Assembly: GCA_010909165.1 (NCBI GenBank)
Contig: VJWM01000135.1
Coordinates: forward strand, 248,001 to 312,000
Source: Anthoceros angustus
Taxonomy: Eukaryota > Plantae > Anthocerotophyta
Direction of reading: 5' to 3'
DNA: 64,000 nucleotides
This document shows, piece by piece, positions 23,001 through 37,300 of this stretch. The first letter of the stretch is position 1, and each line of letters starts with the position of its first letter. A model generated the notes under the pieces. It was not told the DNA's origin. It searched no databases and saw nothing but the letters and a program-made list of their open reading frames with translations. The position numbers and the translations under genes are program-made.

Positions 23001-25741
23001 TCGGGGCTCGGCCGTCGTGGTTGTTGGCTGTTGTTGCAGCCGGTGCGGCCGCCAGCGCCCTCCGGCATCGCTCCCTCCGTGCGGTGCTCGGAGGGCACCA
23101 AAAGGAGGAAGGGGAATCGCCTCCCAAACTTCCACAGGTGGTGAGGGGTTCGCTCAGGGCGTATGGAGTCAGGAATCCTCGATCGTCCTCCTCCAGTCGC
23201 TTGGTCTTGAAGGGCGACCCCCACCTCAGGCGCCCTTGCACGCTCTGCCAGGGGCCTCCGGCCCCGCCGGGCGCCCGCTCAAGCTCTCCTCCTTGAGGGC
23301 TCGAAATGTCCCCATACATGAATCGGTATGGGGTCGATGGCGAGGCTTCTCGCTCCTTAGCTTGCGTGCCTCTGGCCGGGCGAAGATAATCCTTCCCGGT
23401 CGCTCTCTTCCCATTGGGCGCATGCGAGAATAGCGAGTTATCACCAAGGTGATCCACCTTGGTGGCGAGTTCAATGGACAATGATCCGGGCTACCGCCCT
23501 TACTCGGTATCGGCGGATCGGATATCAACCATCCGTTGGTTGTCGCTGCGTTCGAGCCTCGGCGCGCCTGGCCCTATCTTCCCTTCGCCTTAAGGGGCTC
23601 GGCACGCCCCTTCTTCCTCCTTGCGGTTGTAGGCCATCCTCGGGACCTCAAGGTCCATCGCCTCGAGTCCTCCGGAGGTTCTTGGATCGGACCTCCTTGT
23701 TGATCGCCCGGCATCTTCGGGCAAACTCCGGACTAGAGTAGCGTTGTCAAAGGTCCGACCATTTGGAACACGTCCGGATGCCACTCCTGCACCAATTCCA
23801 CTTCCTCCGGCCCGGGGCCCGAAGTCCGGATAGCGGGTCACAATGTTGCGCTCCACGGTCCATGGCTCCCAGACTTCCGTCGGCTTTTGGGTGCCATTGC
23901 TTTCTCCTCCTCTTGTTCTTTGTGGCTGCGGAGTCCGTGGCACGATGTTCCTCCTTCGCGCGTTGTTGCTCCAACCTTGACGGTGCGCCGCTCTGGTGGC
24001 GCCCAAAAATGGCCGAGCCGGATTGCGGGCGCAAGGATGAGGATTGCGGAGGCTGCGCGGTGACCTCCTGCTCCTTGGGCCACGTCCCTTTGCCCCTCCT
24101 TACGCCTCTTGACCTCTTGCCACTCAGGTGGGCGGGGTAAGAATCTCGGCACCTTCGAGGTCTTTGCGTTGGTAAGCGGCACCGTCTTCGCCTCTTGACT
24201 CCGTTGAGTTCGTCGGGGCTCGGCGGCCGTCGTGGTTGTTGGCTGTTACTGCGGTGCGGGGCCATGCGCCGCCCTCATCGGCTCCCTCTGCTGCTCGGAG
24301 GGCACCAAAAGGAGGAAGGGGAATCGCCTCCCAAACTTCCACAGGTGGTGAGGGGTTCGCTCAGGGCGTATGGAGTCATCCTCCCGGTCGTCCTCCTCCG
24401 AGTCGCTTGGTCTTGAAGGGCGACCCCCACCTCAGGCGCCCTTGCACGCTCTACTTGCCAGCGGGGCCTCCATTCCGGGCGCCCGTTCAAGCTCTCCTCC
24501 TTGAGCTCGAAATGTCCCCATACATGAATCGTATGGGGTCGGCGATAAGGGGCTTCGCTCCTTAGCTTGCGTGCCTCGGAACAGGCGAAGATAATCCTTC
24601 CCAGTCGCTCTCTTCCCCATGGGCGCATGCGAGAATACCAGCGAGTTATCACCAAGGTGATCCACCTTGGTGGCGAGTTCAATGGACAATGATCCGGGCT
24701 ACCGCCTTACTCGGCTCCGGCGGATCGGATATCAACCATCCGTTGGTTGTCCTGCGTTCGAGCCTCTCAACGCCGCCCGTGGCGGCCCTATCTTCCGCCT
24801 TAGGGGCTCGCACCACGCCCCTTCTTCCTCCTTGGGCGGTTGTAGGCCATCCTCGGGACCTCAAGGTCCATCGCCTCGGGTCCTCCGGAGGTTCTTGGAT
24901 CGGACCTCCTTGTTGATCGCCCGGCATCTTCGGGCAAACTCCGGACTAGAGTAGCGTTGTCAAAGGTCCGACCATTTGGAACACGTCCGGATGCCACTCC
25001 TGCACCAATTCCACTTCCTCCGGCCCGGGGCCCGAAGTCCGGATAGCGGGTCACAATGTTGCGCTCCACGGTCCATGGCTCCCAGACTTCCGTCGGCTTT
25101 TGGGTGCCATTGCTTTCTCCTCCTCTTGTTCTTGGCTGCGGAGTCCGTGGCACGATGTTCCTCCTTCGCGCGTTGTTGCTCCAACCTTGACGGTGCGCCG
25201 CTCTGGTGGCGCCCAAAAATGGCCGAGCCGGATTGCGGGCGCAAGGATGAGGATTGCGGAGGCTGCGCGGACCTCCCTCCTTGGCGCTTGTGGAAATGCT
25301 GGCGGAAGGCGCCTCTTCGTTGTCCATGCGCGAGTGCATGGCTTACTCGACCCTCGCTTCGCTTACTGCGGCCGCCGCGCGCGGCCGCGGGCGTGAATAC
25401 ACCTTATAACGGCCTCGGCAGGTTCAGTCTGACCTCTGCATGCCCGACCTCCACTCGGGGCCGTCCGTGGCGCCGCCTCGTCATCCTCACGCCTCCTCCT
25501 AGGTTACTTTCCACAGGCGTACTTATCCTATTTTGACACAGGTGGGTTCGGACTTATCCGTTACTCCGTGGTCGGAGCTTGCCATAGTAGTGCAGGGGTC
25601 CGTTGTTCACTCAGTCGGAGTATACTCGGAGCCTCGTCCGGCGCTACCCCAATTTATTCCTCCTTTTCCGCCTTATTTATCCTTCAATCCTAAAAAGCGA
25701 AACCCTACTTATTTCTTAACTCCCGAAGTGCATAGCCCACA
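20082..25741 (-). repeat. 3' LTR, about 5.66 kb, with an internal tandem duplication of about 1.21 kb
   Basis: The duplication anchor gcgcggtgacctcctgctccttggg occurs at about 22846 and about 24056. Confidence 0.85.
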
Positions 25742-25789
25742 TACTCCCTTCTCATCATTGGCGTCTCGCCAACACTAAGCATGATACTT

Positions 25790-28700
25790 CTTCACCCACC
25801 CGTTTCAGTGGGCAGCTCTCCATCTAGGCCGTGTGGACGGACCCGTTGTCATATACTTGCACCACTTGATACGGACCCATCCATCTCGGTGAAGTTTGCA
25901 CGGAAAATGCATGTCGACTATCATAAAGGAGGCGGGTCCCTTCCTTTACATACTCGATTCCATGATCGGCGATCGTGCCAAATCTTTATTGGTTTTGCAC
26001 CATGCATCTTGGTGAGCTTCTTCCACATCCTCCTGTGTCTTTGCACAAACCCCAAGAGTCGCTCGTGGCTTTCCTCTTATCAGTCTCCCTTCCATCATTA
26101 CTCGAAAAGTGGGCACTTCAAACTCTCGGCATTACGGAGAGTGTGGTAGGTCAAGTAAGGGTCCGTTGTGTGGTCACCTTCTGCTGTCCGGGCATACGGT
26201 GCGGATGGCGACTTGGTATCGATCATGGGCGTAGTTCCTGTGAGTTTATTGATCCTGCGGATGAGCCCATTTGTCTTCTCTGTCACCCATTGGCCTTAGG
26301 ATTGTAGGGTGCCGTCTTGCGATGATTGATGCGAAATACTCCGTCATGGCGGCCACCACATCATTAAGGAAATGGGTTCCCCTATCACTTACCAAGCTAC
26401 GGCGGACATCCGTCGGGGTTATGATGTTCTCGTCACAGAATTTGGCCACGGTATTTGCGAGTCCGTTCTTGTCGCCAGCCTCTACCCACAGTGCGGTGGT
26501 CGTTGCCACGGGATGTATCTCCTTGTGTGTGTCTTGTCGTGGGCGTATGGGTCCAACAAAGTCAATACCCCACTTTTGAAGGTGCGGTGCCAATATCGGT
26601 ACTAGCGGCCCAGTGTCGTCGGGGTTGGCTTTCCGTCCGACAAGCATCACACTTCTTCTAAGCGGTGGGTGTCCCCATACATTGTTGGCCACCGGTATCC
26701 GCTTCAAAATCTTTTGGTGGTGACTGTCTTTGCGTAGTGTCCACCCCAATCCTTCGTGCATTCCCTTGACGGAGCTCCTCTCTGCGGTTGCAAGTACCTT
26801 CGTTCTACTCGTCAGGCCCTAATTTGAACACACACCGTTGTACATTACGAAGGGTCGAGCATAGTGCACGAATGCCTCCCTCATCACAGTGATTTTGAAG
26901 CTCCATTCCCAGTACCGCTCTATTTCTTCGTGGGTCGGACGGCGGCGGACCCTCCCTTCTCATACGCTAAGGCTGCAGTTCTCGTAGCTTGGGGTTCGTT
27001 TGGGCTCCTCGGTTGTACTTTTCTGCGGCAACCAATGTCTCATCCAGGAGCATCTTCACGATCTCTCAACACACTCTGTTTTCAATCGTGACGAAATGCA
27101 TTTTGGTCTTGCCTCCCTTGTCTTGTTTCCACTTGACGTGAACTCCTGCGGCAACAATATCCACCTTGCTATCCGTCCGGACGGTCCGTCTTATTCACCG
27201 GATGCTTGACGCAAAGTGGTCTACATAGAACACAAACTCCTTTGGGTAGTAGGTAGTGTCGAATTTCTTGGACATATACCATACCCGGTGCTTGGCTCTG
27301 TAGTTGTGTATTTTCGTTCGCGTGGGTGGTCCCGGTAGTATCACGGGATAATCCCGCTTGTCGTCCTTACGGCTCGGCACTACTCCGATAGCAAGCGGAC
27401 ACATCTACATACACATGAAATTTCTTGCTCGATCCGGTCCTCTTAGGAACCGGTCGCTTACCAAGGTGTTACGTAAATCCGAAGGCCTCCTCTCGCTCCT
27501 GACGGTCCAAACCTCCTCCTTCATGATGGTTACATCAACTTAGCGCCCTCTTAGCAAAGTCCTTAATAAACGGTAGTATCCCACCATTCCGAAACCTCTC
27601 GGCTCCTTTAGGTTCGTGTGGAGGCGGATGACCGGACCTTGTCTGGTCCACCTCGATTCCAGCCGACACCGATGTCGATTCCTCCGTCATTCCAAAGTAG
27701 CATTTCTCGGGTGTAGGCTCAATTGGAGTCTCGGCGCTCAAGCACCTTCTTAGATGCCCAAGGTGTTTGTCCTGCTCCCCATGCACACAAAATCATCCGG
27801 GAATATCTCCATGAAGTCCCTCGAAGTCACGGAAGGCGTTGGTCACCATACGCATGAGCGACCACAGGCGCTCGGTCATCCCAAAGGCACTTCTCTTGTA
27901 GGCAAGCGTACCCCACTCCGTAGTGAAGGTCGTCTTGTCGGTCAAACTCCCTTAGGTGCAATTGGTTATATCCGGAGTAGCCATCCGAGGAAGGAGTAAG
28001 TAGTCAATCCGACCACCTTGTCCAAAATGTCGTCTCTGAATGGCATCGGAAGTGGTCCTTCTCGTTCTGGCGTTGAGCTTCCTCAATCTTGGCATACCGA
28101 ATTTGTCTGGTTTCTTGGGAACCACCACAATCGCGACCCACTTTGTTGGCGATGGGGAAAATGATGTCTGCCTCCGGTACTTATCAAGGACCTCCTTCAC
28201 CTTGATCGAATACTTGGGGTTGAGCTTGTATTGTCGGATTCGGTGGCACGCTCCGGCTTCAAATCGATCTTATGCTCCCACTTCTTGAATGCCCTTCATG
28301 TCCGTGACCTTGAGGCGAACACCTCATAAAACTCCCCAGGTTGCTTTAGTCCTTCCTTGGTCCGGAGGCATGCCTTTCTTAAACTTGAGAATTTGCTGGC
28401 GGACCTCCACTTCTTCCACGTCGTCCGGGTTCACCGTCTCCGTTCCGTCTTTGCCTGCGTCAAACCCCTCGTCCTCCTCTCGGGGATCGTCCTCTCGCAT
28501 CCCCATTCTCGAAGAGCTCGTCGGAGGTGAATCGTGTTACTCCTTGATGTCGCTTTTCCTTGGTCCGACTCTTGTTGTCTCCCCTTGTCTTTGGTCCGAC
28601 TCCTCTTCACTTCCTTCCTCCGGCCCGTTGTGGCGTTTACTCAAAACAATCAACCACTTCGCCAAAGGCATCCGGTAGTCCATCTCCTCCTCGGACCGGC

Positions 28701-31318
28701 GGATCTTGGCGAAAGTCGCCTCCTCGGAACTATCTTGTTTCGCCGTGGAGTCCTCCATTTAGTATACCCCGGTAGTGCTCACGGTTTCCCCACAATAGGT
28801 GTCCTTGCTCCGGTGATAGCAACCTCCCTTCTCGCACCTTAGGGTCCCAGTCCACCGGCTTGAAGTGAATCTCCTTCCTTCCAAAGTGTAGCGTGCAGGC
28901 CAACCCACCATGGCCTGACAACACCTCATACCCTAATGGTCCGGCGGTTTGATCACAACAAAATCCGGTTTGTAGGGTGCGCGGCTATGGTGGCCAAGAC
29001 TCGGTTAACTCCCCGCGGATCTCTTCTTGACATATACGCCATTCTCGAGTCTTCGTTGAGGTTGAAGGATGTGAAGCCCAATTTTCGTGCCGTGGTGTGA
29101 TGAGGTTGACTCGGACCCGTGTCCAACGGTACATCCTTGATGATACATCCAATCTCCACTTGTACCACTGGCCCACAGGTCGTATGGGACACCACCCTCA
29201 CTTCCTTGTGCTACCCTTCACGGCTTTGGTGCTCAGTGGGTTTCCCTAACGGCCAGCGGACCTCTTGCGGTATTTGGGTTATCCCTCGGTGTCGAAAGGA
29301 CACAGTCTGGCGATTCATCATCGGTCGCCACATTAAAGGCGAGGCTTCTACCCCAATCGAGGATCCTGCTGCTGCGTCCTCATCCTCTCCCGGTCACGTG
29401 TTACGGTATTCTCCGGATGCTTGCGCATTTCCTCCTGCAACATCTCGGTCACCTCCGGACTACGTCCGTGGAAGCTAACGTCGCCGTCGCGGGAGGCGTT
29501 CCTTCTCCACATCTGTCGGAGAACTTCCTTGGGTAATCCCTCGGCGGCTGCCGTCAGCCCTCCTTCATCGGTCGGATCCTCTGCTGGTATTTGGTTTGAT
29601 TGCCTTCCTCGGCGTCGTGGCGCTTCCTCGATCTTGTTCTTCTTCAATGGCGCCTTTCTCGTCGCTCCTTCCTTTCTGAGTAGACACCTCAAGATTTCCG
29701 CCCGACTCCCTTCCTTCGACACCCCCGTACCTTCTTGTTCTTTTCCATCTCGCGTACCTCACAGGGAATCTCTTCCCACTCCATGGAGCATCTTGACTTG
29801 CCGTCAGGTCTTAGGAGGTGGCGTTGGTGGTCGGTTCTCCGCTTGGTGTGGCATATCGTACCGTCCTTGTGCGGGGTTGGGACATAGCGTCTTGCACATA
29901 TGCCCGGCCTTGCGATCGCCACCGCTCGAAGTCCCCATTACCACCTCGTTGGAGTGCGGACACGCGTTGGAGTAATGGCGAGATTCCCGCGGTTCCAGAC
30001 CACGGCCGTCGGAGGATACGAAGGGCTCCCATGCGGTCTTTGCATCGGTGGGGCCCGTTGTTAGCGGACCTCCGGTTGGCGGATACATGGTTTTGGGATA
30101 TCGCGGCCCGGAGGGGCTTCACATGCACGATAGGCCTCTTCCCATTGCTCCTCGGCCTCCTCCTCGTATTCGTAGTCCACTTGATGCACGGCCTTGAGGC
30201 GGTTGGACTTCGAATGGCCGTGTTCTTGGCACACGGCACACAGATGCGTTCGCCGTGGTCGGTGTTTTCCGCGCTCTCGGTCCTTAACACAGTTTATCGC
30301 GGTCCTCTACTCTCTTTATCACTTTTCCGGTCCTCCGGACTGCTACCTCCTTTGAGGGTCGGGTCGGTGGAGCTTCTCGGACGGTCTTTGGTGTCACCAC
30401 CTCCTTCTTACCACCACTTCTTTTTAGCGGGGCTTTCTTGCTCTTCTTCTTGCGGGATACTCTTCCTCGCTAGAGACCTCGTCTCTTCTTGGACTGCTCC
30501 TCCTCCGAAGACACCTCGATTGGTCTTCCTCCTCCTCACGAAGACTCTTCCTCCTCGATCTGAACCCGTTTCTTCTTCTTCTTCTTGCCTCCTTGAGCGG
30601 TTCTTTATCCTCGATGTAGCGATTCCTCGTAGTTTTCGGCCGCTCGACGCCTTGCCACGTCCTTCTCGGCGGCGGGGCGTGCACAGCCATGGGTTTGGCT
30701 AGACCGGCCGCGAACCACCGTCCGCTTGCATCGTGGTATGGGTTGGATGCGATCCTCGGGGCATAGAACCGCTCGATGTCTGAGCCCGGCTTCTCCTTCT
30801 TCCTCGCTTGATTTTCCAACTTTGATAATACATACCCCTCTGGTGATCCTCGAAACCGTTCTAGAAGGCATTTTCAAAGCTTCAAGCGAGGCGGGTGGGG
30901 CATTCTCCGGTGGTCGGTACTTTCTCCGATACCATTGAGCGGTTGTCCTCGGAGAACCCCTTGGAAAATTTGGATGAGTGTCGACTCCCTCTCCGTTGAA
31001 GTTGGCTTTGGACACGAAGTCCTCCACAAAGGTCTCGCATCCGCTCCTTCTTCCCTCCGAATATGGAGTCGCTTGTTTGGTCGGTAGGGGCCATGGCTGC
31101 GCCATCGATGGGTTAGGCGTGGGCTGTCCTACCTTCTTCCGTTGGCGTCCCTCGTACCCGTACTCGTCTTGGTCAATTCGACCACGTTCTCCCTCCTCGA
31201 TCGGCGGTGCTCTCTCGTTGGGTTTGGCGTCTCTCCCTCTCACGGCTCGGAGAGCGCGAGTGACCACGTCCGATCCTCCCGGCAGTTCACTCTTGGCCGT
31301 CGCTCGACCGCCACGCAT
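25790..31318 (-). pseudogene. gag-pol of the long-LTR Gypsy element
   Basis: gag FNGEGVDTH...AQWY at about 31000; protease VPLDTGPS at about 29130; RT WVAIVVVPKK...EIFPDDF at about 28140-27790; RNase H FVFYVDH at about 27230; integrase KWGIDFVGPI and LVSDRGTHFLN at about 26580-26370. Confidence 0.85.
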
Positions 31319-31382
31319 TCACTTACCTTCTCTTCCTAAGGGGCACTGCGGCACCACGATTTCATTCCCGGCAGCGCCAAAA

Positions 31383-34300
31383 TGTGGCGTGACTTTTCTT
31401 GATGGCGGCCGGGCGCACAATCCGTGTCGTTGTAGGAAGAAGTCCGTTCCCAAAGGGAATGATAGGCCCGTTTACGCGTTTGGTGATTCTTACCGTCCTT
31501 AGCGCTCGTTCGGTCTCACACACATACTCTAACTACTCACGCGTTCACCGTCTGAGGCCGGTATGGCCAAGCGTTTGAGACCCGTTCGCGTCCGTATCGT
31601 TCACATACATCCTTCACGCATCCGGTCCTTTCCTCTCTCCCTCACGCTACACTCTTGATCTTAGAAAAGGCGCGGTTCTGTGATCCGGACCTCCTCCGTC
31701 GTTCGGCCTCTCCGTCCGGGCTCTACCCTCCGGAGTTCCTCCGGCTCACGCGTTCAGTCCGTTCGGTGTCGGACGCGGCTCGGACGACACGGATCACGGT
31801 CACCCTTCCACACACACCACAGCGTTAAGTCCGTCACGGGACCTTGATCAATCTCCCGGGTATCCTTTCGGTGACTCGGGACTCACGTTAGCAAGAAGAC
31901 TCACAAAGGTGCAGAGCGGCATCAACACCAAGAGAAAGATGCTTTACTAGGCTCGGCCCTCTTATCTGCGCCCAAGGTGGCGTCTTTATTACACCCCTAT
32001 TACGGCGATAGCCATTTCGGTATACCTAATCGGCCGCCTACCATTATCCCCCTATCTCCTTCGCCGGTGTGGGAAGGTCACAGGCCCGCCTCGGAATGGG
32101 TGGTCAATCCCCGTCACAGCGGTTGTGGTGCACCCAATCGGATGATCCGTGAGGCGGGCCCCTCCTCTCCCGGAATCACATCGGGTTGGGCTCTGGCGTG
32201 ATGGTGCCGTTACCACGGCGTCATCCTCCCTGGCCTCCACAGGTCCTTGGCGGTGGGGCCACCGCTATCGGCTCCCCTAAGCGTAAGTCGAAGGGGCTCC
32301 TCCTTCTTGCCCGGCCGGTCCTCGAGGTCTGTCTCGACTCACGAACTTGAGTCGGCTTATTCACAGGTCGGCTAGGTCCGACCTTGTCTGGTCCGGACCT
32401 CGGGGTCGGTTGTCGGGTCGGACTTGAGTCGGACTTATTAGGTCGGACTTGAGTCCGGACTTAGGTCCGGACTTGGTCGGACTTATTCAGTCCGGACTTG
32501 ATCGGCCTCCCCTGAGGTCGGACAAAGTCGGACTCACGCCCAGGTTTCCTCCCTCACGGGACTCCTCGTGGCTCTCCCTCGAAGTCCTCCGGCTGTTCCC
32601 GATCGCCCGTGACTCCCGTTGGCCCCTCCTTCCATGGTGAGGTGCGGGGTGCTTACCTCGATCGCATCCGCTCCTCGTTCTGCTCCTCGGTTGCTCCTCT
32701 CCGCTCCGTCATCTCAAGCAGGGCCACTAGGGTCCCTGTCTTTGTCCCGTGGCCTTCATCTCCTTGAGCCTTCCGGTCCGTCCGTCTGCGGCGTCGAGAG
32801 GCTTCTCGCCTTGGGGGCTCGGTGGTAATAGGCAAAGTCAGATCGACTTGTTGGTGCCTCTTCCACGTGTGCGGGCACCGATACTCCCTCGCCATAAGTG
32901 TTAGGGGCTGGGCGTCTTTGCCGGCTTGTTGGGCCACCTCTCCTGCCCGGTTGTGTGGGCAGCGTATCACGAGGCTACAAGGCGGCCTCGGTCACCTCCT
33001 GCAGTGCTGTTGCTCCACTTGCTCCGGCTCCGTCGTTTCCTTCCATTGACTTACCGCCATAGCGCGGCGTTCCCTTCCGCCTTTCTCGGTGGACGGCGGC
33101 TTCTTTTACGCTTCCGGTGCTCGCGCTCCTCGTTCATTACGGCCTTTAGCTCATGACTCCCTCTCCAGTGAGATACCTCCGTCAGGCTCGGACTTCCTCC
33201 ATCTTACAGCACAGCAGCGTCCAACTCCTTGGATAGTCGCGATTTTCCTCCGTCTTGAGACGGGCCGGGGCACTCTGTTTGTGCTCGAGTCGTGGATTCT
33301 CTCGTTGAGAATCACTGCTGCTCAAGCGCATCTTGGGTTGTAGCTCGGCGTGTCCTTCTTGTCCTCCATCTGCTGCCGCCTCCTTCTACCTCCTGCTGTA
33401 CTCGGAGATCCCTATCTCCCGAGTGGCCCTTACTGCTCCATAGCCTTTGTCGGCCTTGAGTTAACCTCGGTGCACTGTGACTCTCTCCACGGTTCCGATC
33501 ACGTGCATGTGATCCGGTCGCTCTTCCGCGGCTTGACTCCTTCGCCGCCTTTGCAGGCCTCGCCCTTGGCCCTCTGGGGCCGCCTCCGCCAGTCCAGCTC
33601 TCTGCTTGTGCCGGGCCTCTTCCGCCTCTGCTGCGCTTCCCCTCTTCGCTGCAAGGTCCTCCGCTTGGGCCTCTGAGCTTGCTTGTTGTGCCTGGTGAAG
33701 AACCTTAACCTCTGCTGAACCGGGCCTCGCTCCGCCACCGGCGTTTCCCTTCCTCGATCCGGCGAGGGACTCCGCCTTTCCTTTGCCCTCGGCCTTCACT
33801 TGCTCTTGGGTTCCACCATCCTCCTCGGGTGGCCTCCACTTCACAGGTCTTCTCCATGTACCAGAGACCCCAAAGCATTCCGTCCATGGTGGCAGACTCG
33901 CCGTGTTTCTTCCACGGCCGCGAGTGAGGCCCCACAAAGTCCGTAGTGGGAGCCGGCATTTCTCGATCCGCCAAGGACCTCCATACCGATCCGGAGTAAG
34001 TCGGGGGTTCTCGGACCTAATCGGGACCCTCGGGTCACAGTGGTGGTCAGTCTCACCCTCTTTGGCCCTCTTGGCCTCTAACTCCTTTGTGCCCTCTTTC
34101 TCACAGGGCTCGGAGGAGGTGAGGGGTCGGGAGCAAGCTCTTTTGCCCCTTCACAGCCGGGGGCAGGGGCCGGCTCGAGGTGGGCTGCGCGGTGACCTCC
34201 TGCTCCTTGGGCCACGTCCTTCGCCCTCCTTACGCCTCTTGACCTCTTGCCACTCCGTGGGCGGGGTAAGTCTGGCACCGAGGTCTTTGCGTTGGTAAGC

Positions 34301-37300
34301 GGCACCGTCTTCCGCCTCTTGGCTCCCGTTGAGTTCGTCGGGGCTCGGCGGTCGTGGTTGTTGGTGTTGTACTCGGTGCGGGCCGCGCCCTCCGGCATCG
34401 GCTCCCTCATGCGGCTCGGAGGGCACCAAAAGGAGGAAGGGAATCGCCTCCCAAACTTCCACAGGTGGTGAGGGGTTCGCTCAGACGTAGTCAGGAATCC
34501 TCGATCGTCCTCCTCCAGTCCTTGGTCTTGAAGGGCGACCCCCACCTCAGGCGCCCTTGCACGCTCTACTTGGCGGGGCCTCCGGCCCCTTCGGGCCCTC
34601 AAGCTCTCCCTCCTTGAGCTCGAAATGTCCCCATACATGAATCGGTATGGGGTCGTCGGCCGCGAGGCTTCTCGCTCCTTAGCGTGCCTCTGGTGAGGCG
34701 AAGATAATCCTTCCCAGTCCGCTCTCTTCCCATTGGGCGCATGCAGAATACCAGCGAGTTATCACCAAGGTGATCCACCTTGGTGGCGAGTTCAATGGAC
34801 AATGATCCGGGCTACCGCCCTTACTCGGTATCCGGCGGATCGGATATCAACCATCCGTTGGTTGTCCGCGTTCGAGCCTCGGCATCGTGGTGGCCCTATC
34901 TTCCCGCCGCCTTAAGGGGCTCGGCACCGCCCCTTCTTCCTCCTTGGGTTGTAGCTCGGCGTGTCCTTCTTGTCCTCCATCTGCTGCCGCCTCTCCTCTA
35001 CTCCTGCGGTGTGCTCGGAGATCCTCTATCTCCCGAGTCTTGGCCTCCATCTCCATAGCCTTTGTCGGCCTTGAGTTAACCTCGGTGCCTCGGCTCTCTC
35101 TCTCCACCGGTTCCGATCACGTCTGTAGTGATCCGGTCGCTCTTCTTGCGGCTTGACTCCTTCGCCGCCTTTACAGGCCTCGCCCACTTGGCCTCCATCT
35201 GCGCCCTCCAGTCCCGAGCTCTCTGCTTGTGCCGGGCCTCTTCCGCCTCTGCTGCGCTTCCCTCTTCGCACCAAGGTCCTCCGCCGCGCTTGGGCCTCCC
35301 AGGCTTGCTTGCCTGTTGAAGAACCTTAACCCGGTCTGTGAACCGGGCCTCGCTCTCCACCGGCGTTTCCCTTCCTCGATCCGGCGAGGGACTCCGCCTT
35401 TCCTTTGCCCTCGGCCGCCTTCACTTGCTCTTGGGTTCCACCATCCTCCTCGGGTGGCCTCCACTTCAGGTCTTCTCTGTACCACGAGACCCCAAAGCAT
35501 TCCGTCCATAGTAGCAGGACTTCCGTGTTTCTTCCACGGCCAGTGAGGCCCCCAGTCCGTAGTGGGAGCCGGCATTTCTCGTCCGCCAAGGACCTCCATA
35601 CCGATCCGGAGTAAGTCGGGTTCTCGGACCTAATCGGGACCCTCGGGTCACGAGTGGTGAGTCGAGTCTCACCCTCTTTGGCCCTCTTGGCCTCTAACTC
35701 CTTTGTGCCCTCTTTCTCACAGGGCTCGGAGGAGGTGAGGGGTCGGGAGCAAGCTCTTTTGCCCCTTCACAGCCGGGGGCAGGCCGGCTCGAGGGGTGGG
35801 CTGCGCGGTGACCTCTCCTGCTCCTTGGGCCACGTCCCTTTACGCCCTCCTTACGCCTCTTGACCTCTTGCCACTCAGGTGGCGGGGTAAGTCTGCACCA
35901 CGAGGTCTTTGCGTTGGCGCGGCACCGTCTTCCGCCTCTTGGCTCCCGGTTCGTCGGGGCTCGGTCGTGGTTGTTGGCTGTTACGCCGGTCGGGCCGCGC
36001 CCTCGGCATCGGCTCCCTCACTCGCTCGGAGGGCACCAAAAGGAGGAAGGGAATCGCCTCCCAAACTTCCACAGGTGGTGAGGGGTTCGCTCACGTATGG
36101 AGTCAGGAATCCTCGGTCGTCCTCCTCCGAGTCCGCTTGGTCTTGAAGGGCGACCCCCACCTCAGGCGCCCTTGCACGCTCTACTTGGCGGGCCTCCGGC
36201 CCCTTCCGGCCCGCTCAAGCTCTCCCTCCTTGAGAAATGTCCCCATACATGAATCGGTATGGGGTCACCGATGGCGAGGCTTCGCTCCTTAGCGTGCCTC
36301 TGGCCCAGGCAGGCGAAGATAATCCTTCCCAGTCCGCTCTCTTCCCATTGGGCGCATGCGAGAATACCAGCGGTTATCACCAAGGTGATCCACCTTGGTG
36401 GCGTTCAATGGACAATGATCCGGGCTACCGCCCTTACTCGGCGGATCGGATATCAACCATCCGTTGGTTGTCCGCTGCGTTCGAGCCTCGGCGCGGCGTG
36501 GTGGCCCTATCTTCCGCCTTAAGGGGCTCGCCCCTTCTTCCTCCTTGGGCGGTTGTAGGCCATCCTCGGGACCTCAAGGTCCATCGCCTCGAGTCCTCCG
36601 GAGGTTCTTGGATCGGACCTCCTTGTTGATCGCCGCCCGGCATCTTCGGGCAAACTCCGGACTAGGTAGCGTTGTCAAGGTCCAGACCATTTGGAACACG
36701 TCGGATGCCACTCTGCACCAATTCCCTGCTTCCTCCGGCCGGGGCCCGAAGTCCGGATAGCGCGGGTCACAATGTTGCGCTCCACGGTCCATGGCTCCCA
36801 GACTTCCGTCGGCTTTTGGGTGCCATTGCTTTCTCCTCCTCTTGTTCTTTGTAGGCTGCTGGAGTCCGTGGCACGATGTTCCTCGCCGCCCGTTCTTGCT
36901 CCAACCTTGATGCGCCACGCTCTGTGGCGCCCAAAAAAAGCGCGAGCGGATTGCGGGCGCAAGGCTGTGAGGATGCGGAGGCTGGCAAATGACCTCCCTC
37001 CTTGGCGCGCTTGTGGAAATGCTGGCGGAAGGCGCCTCTTCGTTGTCCGTAGCGCGAGTGCATGGCTTACTCGACCCTCGCTTGCTTACTGCGGCCTTAC
37101 GCGCCGCGCGCGCGGGCGTGAATACTGCCTGCGGCCTCAGCAGGTTACGGTCTGACCTCATGCCCGACCTCCACTCGGGGCCGTCCACGTGGCGCCGCCT
37201 CGTCATCCTCACGCCTCGCTCCTGGGTTACTTTCCTGGCGTACTTATCCTATTTTGACACTGGGTGGGTTCGGACTTATCCGTTACTCGTGGTCGGAGCT

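Noticed and set aside
20378-25536. Many 100-250 aa six-frame ORFs in the long LTRs, treated as separate genes
   Set aside because: They overlap on both strands in GC-rich repeat DNA and have no recognisable domains. They are kept only as one speculative finding.
26900-27500. Additional archaeal-type RNase H typical of Tat elements
   Set aside because: Only the standard Gypsy RNase H motifs were visible, so the element is not assigned to Tat proper.
29818-30702. 294-aa plus-strand hydrophobic ORF
   Set aside because: It is the antisense shadow of the purine-rich gag region.
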